A stretch of DNA of 64,000 nt, from contig CAVXXK010000001.1 of the NCBI GenBank assembly GCA_963765675.1, positions 1,920,001 through 1,984,000 of the forward strand. The letters run 5' to 3'. Made by a program: the position numbers and the translations under genes. This document shows, one piece after another, positions 1 through 10,830 of this stretch; position 1 is the first letter of the stretch, and every line of letters starts with the position of its first letter. This DNA comes from an uncultured delta proteobacterium. Lineage in GTDB: Bacteria > Desulfobacterota > Binatia > Binatales > Binataceae. The notes under the pieces were generated by a model, which worked only from the letters and a program-made list of their open reading frames with translations, was not told where the DNA came from and made no database searches.

Positions 1-3
1 GTT

Positions 4-20
4 TGGGCATCTATTTTGCT
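4..20 (+). promoter_or_regulatory. Putative sigma54 (-24/-12) promoter upstream of glnA
   Basis: TGGGCATCTATTTTGCT has GG-N10-GC with TTGC at -12. It lies about 315 bp upstream of glnA, a classic sigma54 target. It sits at the window edge. Confidence 0.5.
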
Positions 21-333
21 CTCCTGAAATTCGCGGTATGACAACGCCGCGCGACAATCGGAAGAAAGGTGGAAGCGGTTGGCTACGAGTTGGGAGGGCC
101 GCTCAAGCGTGCGCACGATGGCGCCTAAAGTGGCGGCAATTGACCAATTTGCGGGCGTTGCCTTTGTGATGGTTTCATGCGAAACAACTTTGCGGTACCG
201 CTGCTGCGTCGCGCAGCCGGCATCCTATCCAGGATCATTTGACGATAACGATCGATTGAGCGGCATCCGCCGCTTCGATGCTTCCGCACAACAAGCGCTA
301 CGGCTGTAAATAGCCAGGAGGGTTACGGGTTCG

Positions 334-1761
334 ATGACGCCAAAACAAGTTCTGCAGATGATCAAGGATCAGGGAGTCGTGATGGTCGATATCAAGTTTA
401 TCGACTTGCTCGGCACCTGGCAGCATTTCACTGCCCCGATTTCCGAATTCAAGGACGAAGCAGCCTTCGATGAGGGCCTTGGCTTCGACGGATCCTCGAT
501 CCGCGGATGGCAGGCGATCGACGCGAGCGACATGCTCGTGATTCCCGACCCTGACACGGCAGTGATGGATCCGTTCACCAAGGATCCGACCTTGTCGCTG
601 ATCTGCAATATCTCGGATCCGATCACGCGCACCGATTACTCGCGTGACCCGCGCAATATCTCGCGCAAGGCCGAGGCCTATCTCAAGTCCACCGGAATCG
701 GCGACCTGTCGTTCTTCGGACCGGAGCCGGAATTCTTCATCTTTGACGGGGTCCGCTTCGATACCACGCAGAATGCGAGCTACTACCATATCGAATCCAA
801 CGAAGGTAACTGGAACGCGGGCAAGGAGAATGCGGTCCGCGGTGGACTCAACCTTGGCTACAAGATCAGAAACAAGCAGGGGTACTTTCCAGTACCGCCG
901 ACCGACAGCTTGCAGGACATCCGCACCGAGATGGTGCTCGAGATGGAGCGGGTCGGAATCCGCGTCGAGAAGCAGCATCACGAGGTCGCGACCGCCGGCC
1001 AGGCGGAAATCGACATGCGCTTCCAGCCGCTGACCAAGATGGCGGACTGGCTGACCTGGTATAAGTATATCGTCAAGAACGTGGCCGCGCGCCACGGGAT
1101 GACCGCGACCTTCATGCCCAAGCCGATCTTCGGCGACAACGGCACCGGGATGCATACGCATCAGAGCATCTGGAAGGGCGAGACGCCGCTGTTCGCGGGC
1201 AACGGCTACGCCGGGATGTCGGAACTCGCTATGCACTACATCGCGGGAATCCTGCATCACGCGCCGACAATCGCGGCGTTCACGAATCCCGGCACCAATT
1301 CCTATCGGCGCCTGGTCCCCGGCTTCGAGGCTCCGATCAACCTGGCGTACTCGAGCCGCAACCGCTCGGCTTCGGTGCGAATCCCGATGTACTCGCCGTC
1401 GCCCAAGGCCAAGCGAATCGAAGTCCGCTTCCCCGATCCGACCTGCAATCCGTACCTCGCATTCTCCGCGATGCTGATGGCGGGGCTCGACGGAATCCAG
1501 CGCCGGCTCGATCCGGGCCAACCGCTCGACAAGGACATCTACGCGCTGACGCCGTCGGAGCTGGCCGAAGTGCCGAGCATGCCGGCGTCGCTCGAGGAAT
1601 CGCTCGCCAACTTGAAGCGCGATCACGAGTTCCTGCTGAAGGGCGACGTATTCACCGAGGACCTGATCGAGACCTGGATCGAATACAAGATGGTGAACGA
1701 AGTAAGCGCGATCAGGCTACGGCCGCATCCGTACGAGTTCGCGCTCTACTACGACGCGTAA
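334..1761 (+). CDS. glnA: Glutamine synthetase type I
   Basis: Motifs [56 protein letters not shown]; adenylylation-type Tyr in DKDIY; AGGAGG RBS. Confidence 0.98.
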   Translation: MTPKQVLQMIKDQGVVMVDIKFIDLLGTWQHFTAPISEFKDEAAFDEGLGFDGSSIRGWQAIDASDMLVIPDPDTAVMDPFTKDPTLSLICNISDPITRTDYSRDPRNISRKAEAYLKSTGIGDLSFFGPEPEFFIFDGVRFDTTQNASYYHIESNEGNWNAGKENAVRGGLNLGYKIRNKQGYFPVPPTDSLQDIRTEMVLEMERVGIRVEKQHHEVATAGQAEIDMRFQPLTKMADWLTWYKYIVKNVAARHGMTATFMPKPIFGDNGTGMHTHQSIWKGETPLFAGNGYAGMSELAMHYIAGILHHAPTIAAFTNPGTNSYRRLVPGFEAPINLAYSSRNRSASVRIPMYSPSPKAKRIEVRFPDPTCNPYLAFSAMLMAGLDGIQRRLDPGQPLDKDIYALTPSELAEVPSMPASLEESLANLKRDHEFLLKGDVFTEDLIETWIEYKMVNEVSAIRLRPHPYEFALYYDA

Positions 1762-1786
1762 GCTCGAACGATCGATCGCAAACACC

Positions 1787-1825
1787 AAACGGCGGCGCGC
1801 ATCAAGCACGCCGCCGTTTTCTTTT
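1787..1825 (+). terminator. Rho-independent terminator after glnA
   Basis: AAACGGCGGCG / CGCCGCCGTTT stem followed by TTTTCTTTT. Confidence 0.8.
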
Positions 1826-1881
1826 GGGGCGCCATCTAAGAGAAGAGCACGGGCTCGCACCGGTCCCAAGAGTTACAGCGT

Positions 1882-2013
1882 TCCCATTCGTCATTTCGAA
1901 CGGAGGCTGCCGGAGTGAGAAATCCCGCGACTCCTGCATACGCCCGCGTACTCAAAAGCGCCTGGGTACGCAGAGGCCGGGATTTCTCCCTGCGGTCGAA
2001 ATGACGAATGGGA
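1882..2013. repeat. 132-bp palindromic REP/MITE-like element (GTCAT...ATGAC family)
   Basis: Perfect 18-bp outer IR TCCCATTCGTCATTTCGA / TCGAAATGACGAATGGGA and inner IR GAGAAATCCC / GGGATTTCTC. Confidence 0.8.
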
Positions 2014-2049
2014 CCTCACTAACGAGTTCGCGATTTCAAACCGCCGTCT

Positions 2050-2895
2050 TTACGGTGCTGTCGGCGGATGCGCGCGCTTCCAGTCTGCGGCTACGTTCGC
2101 CATCGTCGCGAAAGTTACCCCGCGATGAGCCTGGATATGCTTGATCAGCCGCTCGAGCATGAGCATCCGATGGCCGCGCCCGATCACCTGCGGATGCATC
2201 GTGAGCGTGTACACTCCGGTGCCGACGCGCTCGTACAAATAATCAAAATCGCCAGCCCAGATATCGTAAACCGCTTTCGGTGAGGCGAGTCCGCTTTGAA
2301 TTCCCGCGCGGCTGGTCACGTATTCGAACGCGGGAAAATCGTCCAGACCCCAGGTGAACGGCAGCTCGACGACGCCAGTGTCTTTTCCGAAAACGTAAGC
2401 GCCGTCGGCGGGAGCCTGGTCGCCCGCGCGCAGGTAGTACGGCGAAAAATCGTCGCCCATCAGGCTCGAGTCGTAGTCAAAGCGGTGCTTCAGCAGCATC
2501 GCGACCATATTCTCGCTGAGCCCGGCGCCGGGTGAGCGGTAGCCGATTGGGCGGCGTCCTGCAATTTTTTGGATCACTTCGTTGCCGCGCACCAGAATGT
2601 CTTCCTCGTCGGCGGGGCTCTTCGGATGCGTATGCAGATAGCCGTGGTTGCCGACTTCATGGCCGTCGGCGACGATTCGTTCGACGATCTGTGGAAAGGT
2701 CTCCGCGCTATGTCCCGGCACGAACCAGGTTGCGGGAATTTTGAAATCGCGCAGCAGGTCGAGAATTCGCGCCGCACCGACGCGTCCGAACTCGCCGCGC
2801 GAGATGGCGCTCAGCGAGCGTGCGCGGAACCCGCCGATCCACAGTGACAGCGCGTCGAAGTCGAAGCTCAGGCATACCGAAATTTTGGCGTCCAT
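2050..2895 (-). CDS. Polysaccharide deacetylase family protein (CE4)
   Basis: Motifs LSFDFD, ATWFVPG, HEVGNHGYLH, GYRSPG, YDSS, LTMHPQVIGR. Confidence 0.9.
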   Translation of the reverse strand: MDAKISVCLSFDFDALSLWIGGFRARSLSAISRGEFGRVGAARILDLLRDFKIPATWFVPGHSAETFPQIVERIVADGHEVGNHGYLHTHPKSPADEEDILVRGNEVIQKIAGRRPIGYRSPGAGLSENMVAMLLKHRFDYDSSLMGDDFSPYYLRAGDQAPADGAYVFGKDTGVVELPFTWGLDDFPAFEYVTSRAGIQSGLASPKAVYDIWAGDFDYLYERVGTGVYTLTMHPQVIGRGHRMLMLERLIKHIQAHRGVTFATMANVAADWKRAHPPTAP

Positions 2896-2960
2896 TTCCT
2901 CCCTATGCCACGCATCGAGCGCGCAGCGCCAGAGCGGACCGACGGCGGAATCTGAGCTGA

Positions 2961-5552
2961 TCAGCTCTCGCGCGGACGGGTCGCGGCTTCGAGCTTCTCC
3001 AGCCGCTCCTGGAGCTTTTTGTTCTGCTCGCGCAGTTTGTCCATGTCTTCGCGCAGGCGATTGCCTTCCTCAATATGGCTGCGCCCCTCGCCGAGGATCG
3101 CGACCGCCTCGCTGGCGCGGCGATGGATGCGGCCGTCGAGGTCGCGCTCCGCCAGCCGGCGCATCGGCGCGATTGCGCGCGCGTCGCCGATTTCCTCGAA
3201 CGCCGCCGGCAATCGCATCCGCACCATGAACTCGCGATCGTCGGCGAGTGGAGTGAGAAAGTCGATAATCTCGTCGCGCGCCGACTCCTTGTGGCGCGCG
3301 ATTTTCGCCAGCGTGCCGATTGCGGCGACGCGCGCGCGCGGCGGACGTCCGTACGCGCACCATTCGCGCCCCACGGCGAGCGCGCGGTCGTCGCGCGTCT
3401 CCGCCATCCCGGCCAGAGCATGTGCGCGGATCACGTCGAGATAGGACGGACGTTCGAGAGCTTTTTCGAGCTGCGTGAACCCACGCGGATCGCGAGTCTT
3501 GCCGAGAGCAAGCGCTGCCTCGGCCTCGACGAAATAACTCGGGTCGCCTTTTTCCAGAACCGCGGCGAGCGCTTCGGCTGCGCGCGGATTCGCGCGAAAT
3601 TCGCCGAGCGCGCGCATCACGGAGCGCCGCGCTTTCGGATGAGCCACGCCGATCCCTTCGGTCAGCGCGTCGAGGGCGGCCTCGGTTCTGATTTCTCCCA
3701 GCGCGGCCGCGGCGTCGCCCTGCACGCCCCAGAATTTATCGCCAAGCAACGCAGTTCGCAGCGCGGCGGTCGCTTGAGGACTGCCTTCGATCCCGAGCTC
3801 GTGCGCGGCGGCAGAGCGCCCGATGGCTTCAGGAGCGTGCGTGAGCTCAAGCTCGAGAGCCTCGCGTCCACGCTTATGCTTGAGCGTTTTGACCAGATCG
3901 TGCTCGGGATCGAAGCGGACTGCCTTGGGCGCCTTGTCGCTCGCGAAGAAGAACGCGTGCTCGCGTTCGCGAATTTCGACGCGCTGACGAGTCTCGTGCC
4001 CGTCGGCGTCCATCAGCGCGATCGTCGCCGACAGTCGGAACAGCCCAATCGTTTCGGAAGTCTTCTGCGTCTGCTTGACGGTGACGCTCGCGAGCTTGCG
4101 CTTGTCGTCGAACGCGCTCGTGACCTCGATTTCGGGATGGCCTTCCTTGTAGACCCACTGGTCGAAGAAAAAATCGAGATTGCGTCCAGTCGCGTCGTCG
4201 AACGCGCGCTGCAAATCCTGCGTGATGACGTTCTGCCCGCGATGCCGCGTGCAATAGAGATTGAGCGCCTTGAAAAACAGCGCGTCGCCTACCTCGCGCC
4301 GCAGCATGTGCAGAACGAGCGAGCCCTTCTCGTACAGGTGCCGGTCGAACAGCTCGATCGGCGCGCGATAGCGATTGCACACGATCGGACGGCGGTAGTG
4401 ATGCCCGTCTTCGTCGAAGTAGCCGCCGCGATCCTGGCGCAGGTTCCACGCGAACTCGTCGGCGCCGAGATTTTCCTCGCACCACATCGCTTCGAAATAA
4501 GTCGCGAAGCCCTCGTTCAGCCACGCGTGCGACCAGTCGCGGCAGGTGAGCAGGTCGCCCCACCATTGATGCGCCAGCTCGTGCGCGACCAGAGGGTCGC
4601 TCGAGAAATCGAGATGCGCGCGCGCGTCGTGCATGGTGTCGGCGGTTTGCGTGGTCGCCGAAGTATTTTCCATCCCGCCGAAAATGAAATCGCTGACCGC
4701 GACCTGCGCGTATTTTGCGTACGGATAAGGCACGCCGATTTTGCGCTCGAAGAACTCGATCATCTTCGGCGTATTGCCGAATGCGCGGCGCGCGTCGTCC
4801 TCGCGTCCCGGCTGCACGTAGTACAGGACGGGAGTCGCGCCGGCATGATCCTCGATCGTCGCGAACTCGGCGGCGGCCAGAGTGATCAGGTACGCCGAAT
4901 GTGGAACGTCGTGGCGAAAGTGAAAAGTGCGGGTGTGCGTTGCGGGGTCATGGCGATTCTCGATCAGCGCGCCGTTGGAGACCGCGGTGAACTTTTCGGG
5001 CACGGTCGCGATAACCTCGCTGGTGCCGCGGTTGTTCGGGTAGTCGTAGCACGGGAACCAGTAGCGCGAATCCTCGTCCTCGCCCTGGGTCCACGCCTGG
5101 ACCGGCTTGTCGGGATAGGCGTCATCGGGACCGATGAAATACAGTCCGCGCCGCGGAGTTGCGGAATAATCGATCGCAACTTCGATCTCGTCGCCCGCCG
5201 CCAGAGCGCGCGGGAACGTGATTCGGAGCTTGCGGTCCGCGGTCTCGAACGGGACAGGCTCTCCGCCGGCGCGCACCGCGCTGATCGCGAGCTCGCTCGC
5301 GTCGAATTCGAGCGCTGCGAGCCCGTCGGCAATCGCGGCGATGCGATGCGTCGCCGTGCCGGAGATATCGCGATGCTCGAAATCGAGCGCGAGCTCGATC
5401 TTGATATGCCTGATCTCGGCGCTGCGATCGCGCGGCCAGTTAGGTTCGACGTGCGCGGGCTGGAACGCGCGGCGTCCGCGAGCGAAGCCGGTGAATGCGT
5501 AGCGATCGCCTAACTCAAGCGCCATCTGGTCGAGAAAACGCGGTTTGTGCAT
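2961..5552 (-). CDS. pepN: M1 family aminopeptidase with C-terminal HEAT repeats and coiled coil
   Basis: GGMEN, HELAHQWWG...WLNEGFATY, YEKG; HEAT-like repeats; C-terminal coiled coil. Confidence 0.9.
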   Translation of the reverse strand: MHKPRFLDQMALELGDRYAFTGFARGRRAFQPAHVEPNWPRDRSAEIRHIKIELALDFEHRDISGTATHRIAAIADGLAALEFDASELAISAVRAGGEPVPFETADRKLRITFPRALAAGDEIEVAIDYSATPRRGLYFIGPDDAYPDKPVQAWTQGEDEDSRYWFPCYDYPNNRGTSEVIATVPEKFTAVSNGALIENRHDPATHTRTFHFRHDVPHSAYLITLAAAEFATIEDHAGATPVLYYVQPGREDDARRAFGNTPKMIEFFERKIGVPYPYAKYAQVAVSDFIFGGMENTSATTQTADTMHDARAHLDFSSDPLVAHELAHQWWGDLLTCRDWSHAWLNEGFATYFEAMWCEENLGADEFAWNLRQDRGGYFDEDGHHYRRPIVCNRYRAPIELFDRHLYEKGSLVLHMLRREVGDALFFKALNLYCTRHRGQNVITQDLQRAFDDATGRNLDFFFDQWVYKEGHPEIEVTSAFDDKRKLASVTVKQTQKTSETIGLFRLSATIALMDADGHETRQRVEIREREHAFFFASDKAPKAVRFDPEHDLVKTLKHKRGREALELELTHAPEAIGRSAAAHELGIEGSPQATAALRTALLGDKFWGVQGDAAAALGEIRTEAALDALTEGIGVAHPKARRSVMRALGEFRANPRAAEALAAVLEKGDPSYFVEAEAALALGKTRDPRGFTQLEKALERPSYLDVIRAHALAGMAETRDDRALAVGREWCAYGRPPRARVAAIGTLAKIARHKESARDEIIDFLTPLADDREFMVRMRLPAAFEEIGDARAIAPMRRLAERDLDGRIHRRASEAVAILGEGRSHIEEGNRLREDMDKLREQNKKLQERLEKLEAATRPRES

Positions 5553-5605
5553 GGCGAAATCCTAAACAGCCCCGCTGACTCGCGCAAACGTGGAGGGACT
5601 ACGCC

Positions 5606-7186
5606 TCACTCGAGCGCGAGCACAATCGCTTCCAGAGGTGCGAGCCGCACCGCGCCCGAGATCGCCCCGGACACTCGCGCCGGATCGCTGCTGATCAGAA
5701 TTTTCGCGCGCGGAACGTCGATTGCGATCGGTGCATTCGAGAAATTCAGCGCGACGAGCGCCTGACTCGCCCTGGCGGTTCGCGCGAACACAAAACAATC
5801 GGCCGGCGAGTCCAGGATTTTCACCTCTCCCGTTTCGAGCGCTGGCGACTCGCGCCGCAGGCGAATCATCCGCCGATAGAACGAGAGCATCGACGTCGGA
5901 TCGTCCGTCTGGCGCGCGGCGTTTATCGCGGCGTAGTCGCCGCATTGGAGCCACAGCTCTCCAGTGGTAAATCCGCCGTGCGTCGCGCCGGACCATTGCA
6001 TCGGTGTGCGGCATCCGTCGCGGCCGACCGGATCGCGCCATTTGGATCTTGCGATCTCGACGTTCGGCATTCCGAGCTCCTCGCCGTAGTAGAGGAACGG
6101 CGTGCCGCGCAGCGAAAGGATCATCACGGCCGCGAGCCGCGCACGCGCCGCAGTGAAATCGCCGTCAGCGTAGCGCGTGATGTGGCGCGGGAAATCGTGA
6201 TTCGAGAGCGTGTAGGTCGGCCACGATCCACGCGGAAATAATTCCTCGACTTGCGCCACCTGCGCGCGAAAGCTCGCCGCACTCCACGGGCAGAAGAGGA
6301 AGCGAAAGTTGAACGCCTGCTGCAATTCGTCGGGGCGCAGATAGTCGGCCAGCGAGCGATTGTCGCGCGGCCAGACCTCGCCGACCAATACGCGGTCGCC
6401 ACCGTATTCCTCGAGCACGCGGCGAAACCCGCGCACTATCTGATGCACCTCGGGCTGATCGACGTCATACAAATGCTGCTGTTTGAGCGCGACGTCGCTC
6501 TGTGTGCCCGGCTCCGCGGTGACCAGAGCGGGATTGTCACGGAACTGAGCGTCCTTGATCATCCCGTGGATCACGTCGACGCGAAATCCGTCGGCGCCGC
6601 GGTCGAGCCAGAACCGCATCACGTTTTGCATCGCGGCCACGACCTCGGGATTGCGGTAATTCAGGTCGGGCTGCGATTCGAGGAACAGATGCAGGTACCA
6701 CTCGCCGGTCGCATCGTCGTACTTCCAGGCGGGTCCGCCGAAGATGCTGACCCAGTTGTTGGGCGGACGATCCGGTGGACCCGGCTTCCAGATGTACCAA
6801 TCGCGCTTGGGATTTGTGCGCGACGAACGCGCCTCGCGAAACCATTCGTGCTGATCCGACGTGTGATTGGGCACCAGATCCAGGATGATGCGGATCCCGC
6901 GCCGATGCGCCTCGGCGATAAGCCGATCGAAGGCAGCAAGATCGCCAAGCTCGGGATGCACGCCGCAGTAGTCGCTTACGTCGTAGCCAAAATCGCGCAG
7001 CGGCGACGGATTGATCGGACTCAGCCACAGGGCGTCGATTCCCAGTGAGCGCGCGGTGCCGTCATTGAGGTAGTCGAGATGCGCCGTGATTCCGTTCAGA
7101 TCGCCGATACCGTCGTCGTTCGAGTCCGCGAAGCTGCGCGGATAAATCTGGTAGAAAATCGCCCGCCGCCACCAATCCGATGCCAT
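5606..7186 (-). CDS. GH13 alpha-glucosidase / alpha-amylase family
   Basis: YQIYPRSFADSN, DLVPNHTSDQH, DGFRVDV, VGEVW, SNHD, YYGEELGM. Confidence 0.93.
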   Translation of the reverse strand: MASDWWRRAIFYQIYPRSFADSNDDGIGDLNGITAHLDYLNDGTARSLGIDALWLSPINPSPLRDFGYDVSDYCGVHPELGDLAAFDRLIAEAHRRGIRIILDLVPNHTSDQHEWFREARSSRTNPKRDWYIWKPGPPDRPPNNWVSIFGGPAWKYDDATGEWYLHLFLESQPDLNYRNPEVVAAMQNVMRFWLDRGADGFRVDVIHGMIKDAQFRDNPALVTAEPGTQSDVALKQQHLYDVDQPEVHQIVRGFRRVLEEYGGDRVLVGEVWPRDNRSLADYLRPDELQQAFNFRFLFCPWSAASFRAQVAQVEELFPRGSWPTYTLSNHDFPRHITRYADGDFTAARARLAAVMILSLRGTPFLYYGEELGMPNVEIARSKWRDPVGRDGCRTPMQWSGATHGGFTTGELWLQCGDYAAINAARQTDDPTSMLSFYRRMIRLRRESPALETGEVKILDSPADCFVFARTARASQALVALNFSNAPIAIDVPRAKILISSDPARVSGAISGAVRLAPLEAIVLALE

Positions 7187-7204
7187 CGTCAGGTCCTTCT
7201 CGTT

Positions 7205-9112
7205 TCATTCATAGAGGATCTGGGCGCGGAGGTCTCGGCGGACCGCATCGGCGAACGGCTTGAACTGGGTGGCGTCCTTAGGGGTGCACACCGGACCGGG
7301 AGTGCGATCCGAGAGCTCGCGCGCGACGGTTACGGTGTCGCCGTCCTGCTTGTATGTGGCGGTATAAGTCGAATCGGCCCCGCTCAAGTGAACATCCCTG
7401 GGCATCGCCATGATCTTCACTCCGGGCGGAAAGTGAATCGTGAATTCCTCTTTCGAGGTCTGGCCGCTACAGGCGAAATCCACTGTTCGGTCCGAGTCGG
7501 CGAATCCCTCCAGCGCCGTTGCGACGCTACCCCAGTCCGGAAAAGGTATTCGAATTGGTATTGCACCAGGTCCGGGCAGGTTCATCGCATCATTGAATTG
7601 GTATTTGATGGCGTAGTTATAAATATCCGCGAAATCCTTGTTCTTGCCTCTTAAGAAAGATCCGGTTCCCGTATAGCCACTGCGCGCGAGCGCGCGCTGG
7701 AGCAGGTCTTCTTCTGTATTTGGCTGGAGATAGCTCAGCGCGAATCTGGCTATTACGGCGCTGTAGCCCTCCGCGCGGATACTGGTTACCCCATTAGCGG
7801 AGCCATCGGGATGAATAGTCAAGACCGTGTTGAAGTCTTTTCCCTCATTCTTGAAGTCGAATGGCGGTGTGTGCTGAATCCCGTCGTAGTCCGCCGTATA
7901 GATGACGGGTTTGCCGGCTTCTTCGGGTGGCAGCAGTCCGAACGGAGTATATTTCGCCGTCGAATCCAAATACAGGTTTAGACTTGGTATGTATGTGATA
8001 ACGTGGTTGAACAACTCGGGGCAGGGCGCCTTCGGTAGCGTATAGGCGGATCTGGCATTGATCAGGGCGGGCGTGCTCGCGATTCCTTTCGCCGCCAGAA
8101 GCGATTGGAGAAGCGTCACATGGTCCTTACAGTCTCCCATCCTGTTGGTCATGATCAGATCGGCTTCGTGCGGCACCACGGCGCCAACTCCGACGTTGTT
8201 TCCCGCGTAGTCGATGTTCGCGGACACCCATTCGTAGAGTGCTTTGGCTTGCTCGCGAGGACTACTCAGTCCTTTGGTCAGTTCGTCCGCCAGTTTCTGC
8301 GTCTGCTCGGTTACTGCGGACTTCGACGCGGCCCTGGCATTGTAGGCCGCCGCGATAGCGCCGTAATCCTTGAAAGTAGTGGCGGCAATAAGTGGTCCAT
8401 AGTCGTAGGCCGAAACCGAGGCGGGTTCAGGCTTGGCGATTTGCTCGTTCTGATATTTCCAGAGCCAGTTGCGTCGTCCATCCTTTTCGGCAATCTCGCC
8501 GCCCTGCACTCCGCGAGTATATACTTGAAGTTGCAGCGACTTTGGCGCACTCAGGCTGATTTCGACCTTGTCGTACACTTCAAATTTGGAGAATGACTGC
8601 AACAGCGAGAAGTTGCCGGGATAGGTCGGTTCCCGCTGCGTCAATTTGTAAGAAACCACTATCGAGTCGCCCACCGCGACATCCGGAAACGCGACGGTTT
8701 TGGTCCGCAGGTCGGAGAACATCGGCGCCGCCGCGCCCCTGCCGGTATTGGTTTGGTCCTGAAAGTTGGACGCCGGGACGTTGATCCGCCGTCCATCTTT
8801 CTTGAGCGTATAGGCGTAGAGGAAATCGACTCTCTCGAGCCGATCGCTGAAGGTCACCGCGACTTGGTTCGCCTCCGAGATGCCCTGTTCGGTCAGCACC
8901 TTCATCGCCCAGCTCTGTTTTTCGACATGCGTCCCGTCGGGATTCACGTCATAGTGTGCGCGGTACCATTCATACTTCGTAAACCCTTGGAACGGTTCCG
9001 GTTTCGCTCCTGACTTGGCCGGCTCAGCCCGCGCCGCCGGCGCGATGAGAATCAACAGGCACAAGGCCACCAGGACCGCGAGATACGGCCGGTGGTCAGG
9101 ATTTTGCTTCAC
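7205..9112 (-). CDS. Secreted DUF3857 + transglutaminase-like domain protein
   Basis: Signal peptide (LAVLVALCLLILIAPAARA); GDCKDH catalytic Cys, FNHVI His, YLDST Asp. GTG start at 9112 is inferred. Confidence 0.85.
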   Translation of the reverse strand: MKQNPDHRPYLAVLVALCLLILIAPAARAEPAKSGAKPEPFQGFTKYEWYRAHYDVNPDGTHVEKQSWAMKVLTEQGISEANQVAVTFSDRLERVDFLYAYTLKKDGRRINVPASNFQDQTNTGRGAAAPMFSDLRTKTVAFPDVAVGDSIVVSYKLTQREPTYPGNFSLLQSFSKFEVYDKVEISLSAPKSLQLQVYTRGVQGGEIAEKDGRRNWLWKYQNEQIAKPEPASVSAYDYGPLIAATTFKDYGAIAAAYNARAASKSAVTEQTQKLADELTKGLSSPREQAKALYEWVSANIDYAGNNVGVGAVVPHEADLIMTNRMGDCKDHVTLLQSLLAAKGIASTPALINARSAYTLPKAPCPELFNHVITYIPSLNLYLDSTAKYTPFGLLPPEEAGKPVIYTADYDGIQHTPPFDFKNEGKDFNTVLTIHPDGSANGVTSIRAEGYSAVIARFALSYLQPNTEEDLLQRALARSGYTGTGSFLRGKNKDFADIYNYAIKYQFNDAMNLPGPGAIPIRIPFPDWGSVATALEGFADSDRTVDFACSGQTSKEEFTIHFPPGVKIMAMPRDVHLSGADSTYTATYKQDGDTVTVARELSDRTPGPVCTPKDATQFKPFADAVRRDLRAQILYE

Positions 9113-9292
9113 CTTAAATGTCTCCAACGCCCAAAGCTCAGGATCAGATGCGAGACTGGCAGCGTAATCTATCGCTCGATGCAGCGCGAGCGCATGCACG
9201 GTTCTCTTCGCGCGGCGCATCTCTGCGAAGATAGCTCATGGACCGCTTCGAGCGTCGCGGCTAGCTTATTCGATCGGCACCGCTGCTTCACG

Positions 9293-10576
9293 ATGTACGA
9301 CCACGAAAGCCCGCCACAACGTTCTGAATCGTGGAATGCAGCGCACGCCCCCGCCCCGTCGAGGCGCAGCTTGCGCGGGCTCGACCTCGCGAATTTCTTT
9401 CAGGCCGACATCTCCACCGGCATCGGTCCGTACCTCGCAATCTATCTGATGGCGAGCCAGCATTGGGCGCTGGGACGAATTGGAATCGCGATGGGGGCGC
9501 AGGGCGTCGCGACCGTGCTTGCGCAGACTCCAACGGGTGCGCTGGTCGATGCGACCCGGCACAAGCGCGCGCTGATGGTGGCGGCCTCGGCGGCGATTGC
9601 ACTTGGATGCGTCGCGATCGCGGCGCATCCGTCATTCGGCGTCGTAATCACAGCGCAGGTCTGGATTGGCGTCGCAGCGGTCGCATTCGCGCCCGCGCTT
9701 GCGGCCGTGAGCCTGGGTCTCGTTGGGCACCATCGATTTCCTGCTCGCGCCGGGCGCAACGAATCCTTCAATCATGGCGGCAACGTCTTCGGTGCGGTGG
9801 TCGCGGGAGTAATGGGCAGGTTCATTTCCTACGCCGCGATCTTCTACACCTCCGCCGCTGTCAGTGTCGCGACTATCGCGTCCGTACTCTCAATTCGCGA
9901 GCGCGAGATCGATCATCGTGTCGCGCGCGCCGCACTGCCCGAGGACGGCGATGCGCACCTTTCAGGATGGCGCGAGCTGCTGGCCAATCGCAGCCTCGCG
10001 ATCTTCGCGATAGCGGTGATCCTGTTCCACTTCGCGAACGCGGCAATGCTCCCCCTGGTCGGCGAACTGCTCTCCTCTGCGAAGCATGCGAGTCCGGCGT
10101 TAGATATGTCGGCATGCATCGTGATCGCGCAGATCGTGATGATCCCGATGGCGGCGTTCGCGGGACGTTATTGCGCCATCTGGGGACGCAAACCAGTCCT
10201 CTTGCTTGCATTCGCGGTGCTGCCGCTGCGCGCGATCCTGTACACGCTCACGCGGGATTCTTACCTGCTGGTCGCGATTCAGGCGCTCGACGGAGTAGGC
10301 GCGGGCATCTTCGGCGTCGCCTGGATTATCGTGGTCGCGGATCTGGCGGAAGGCACCGGCCGCTTCAACCTGATAGCAGGCGCGATCTCGACCGGCGTCG
10401 CGATCGGCGCGTCGCTCAGCAACGTGATGACCGGTTTTGTCGTGCAGCACGCGGGGTTCAATACCGGTTTTCTGGTTCTGGGCGCGATCGCACTTGCGGC
10501 CTTCGCGGTGCTTGCCCTCGCGATGCCTGAAACGAGAGCAGGAGCTCCGACTAGTCGCCGAAGCCCAAATCCTTGA
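9293..10576 (+). CDS. MFS transporter
   Basis: About 12 hydrophobic segments; GALVDATRHKR and WGRKP loop motifs. Start inferred. Confidence 0.88.
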   Translation: MYDHESPPQRSESWNAAHAPAPSRRSLRGLDLANFFQADISTGIGPYLAIYLMASQHWALGRIGIAMGAQGVATVLAQTPTGALVDATRHKRALMVAASAAIALGCVAIAAHPSFGVVITAQVWIGVAAVAFAPALAAVSLGLVGHHRFPARAGRNESFNHGGNVFGAVVAGVMGRFISYAAIFYTSAAVSVATIASVLSIREREIDHRVARAALPEDGDAHLSGWRELLANRSLAIFAIAVILFHFANAAMLPLVGELLSSAKHASPALDMSACIVIAQIVMIPMAAFAGRYCAIWGRKPVLLLAFAVLPLRAILYTLTRDSYLLVAIQALDGVGAGIFGVAWIIVVADLAEGTGRFNLIAGAISTGVAIGASLSNVMTGFVVQHAGFNTGFLVLGAIALAAFAVLALAMPETRAGAPTSRRSPNP

Positions 10577-10793
10577 GAGCTTTGCGCGCATCTGCCGCGC
10601 GGTCGCGATGCACCATCAGGCGCGCGAGGATCGCGACGGTCGAACCGAGCATTCGCGAACCGTCGCCGTCGAACACCCAGCATTCAAATCCCGCCTCGGT
10701 CAGCAGATCATACGCCATCTGCACCTGCGTCGAATCAATAGCCGTGAAGACTTCCTCGAGTTCGTCAGGCGCAAATTGCTGCTGTTCGGCCAT
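10551..10793 (-). CDS. Small DUF2007-like protein
   Basis: Pattern EVFTA..QVQMAYDLLTEAGF..ARLMVHRDRAADARKAL; GAGG RBS; directly downstream of dedA. Confidence 0.65.
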   Translation of the reverse strand: MAEQQQFAPDELEEVFTAIDSTQVQMAYDLLTEAGFECWVFDGDGSRMLGSTVAILARLMVHRDRAADARKALKDLGFGD

Positions 10794-10830
10794 CGCGGGG
10801 TTCCTCTTTTCGCTTTCCGTAGAGCTTGAG

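Noticed and set aside
298-5513. Long antisense ORFs (298-1626, 3075-5513) and similar ones elsewhere (35883-37679, 42697-44064, 22771-24141)
   Set aside because: Shadow ORFs opposite well-supported genes, typical of high-GC DNA; Arg-rich and without motifs.
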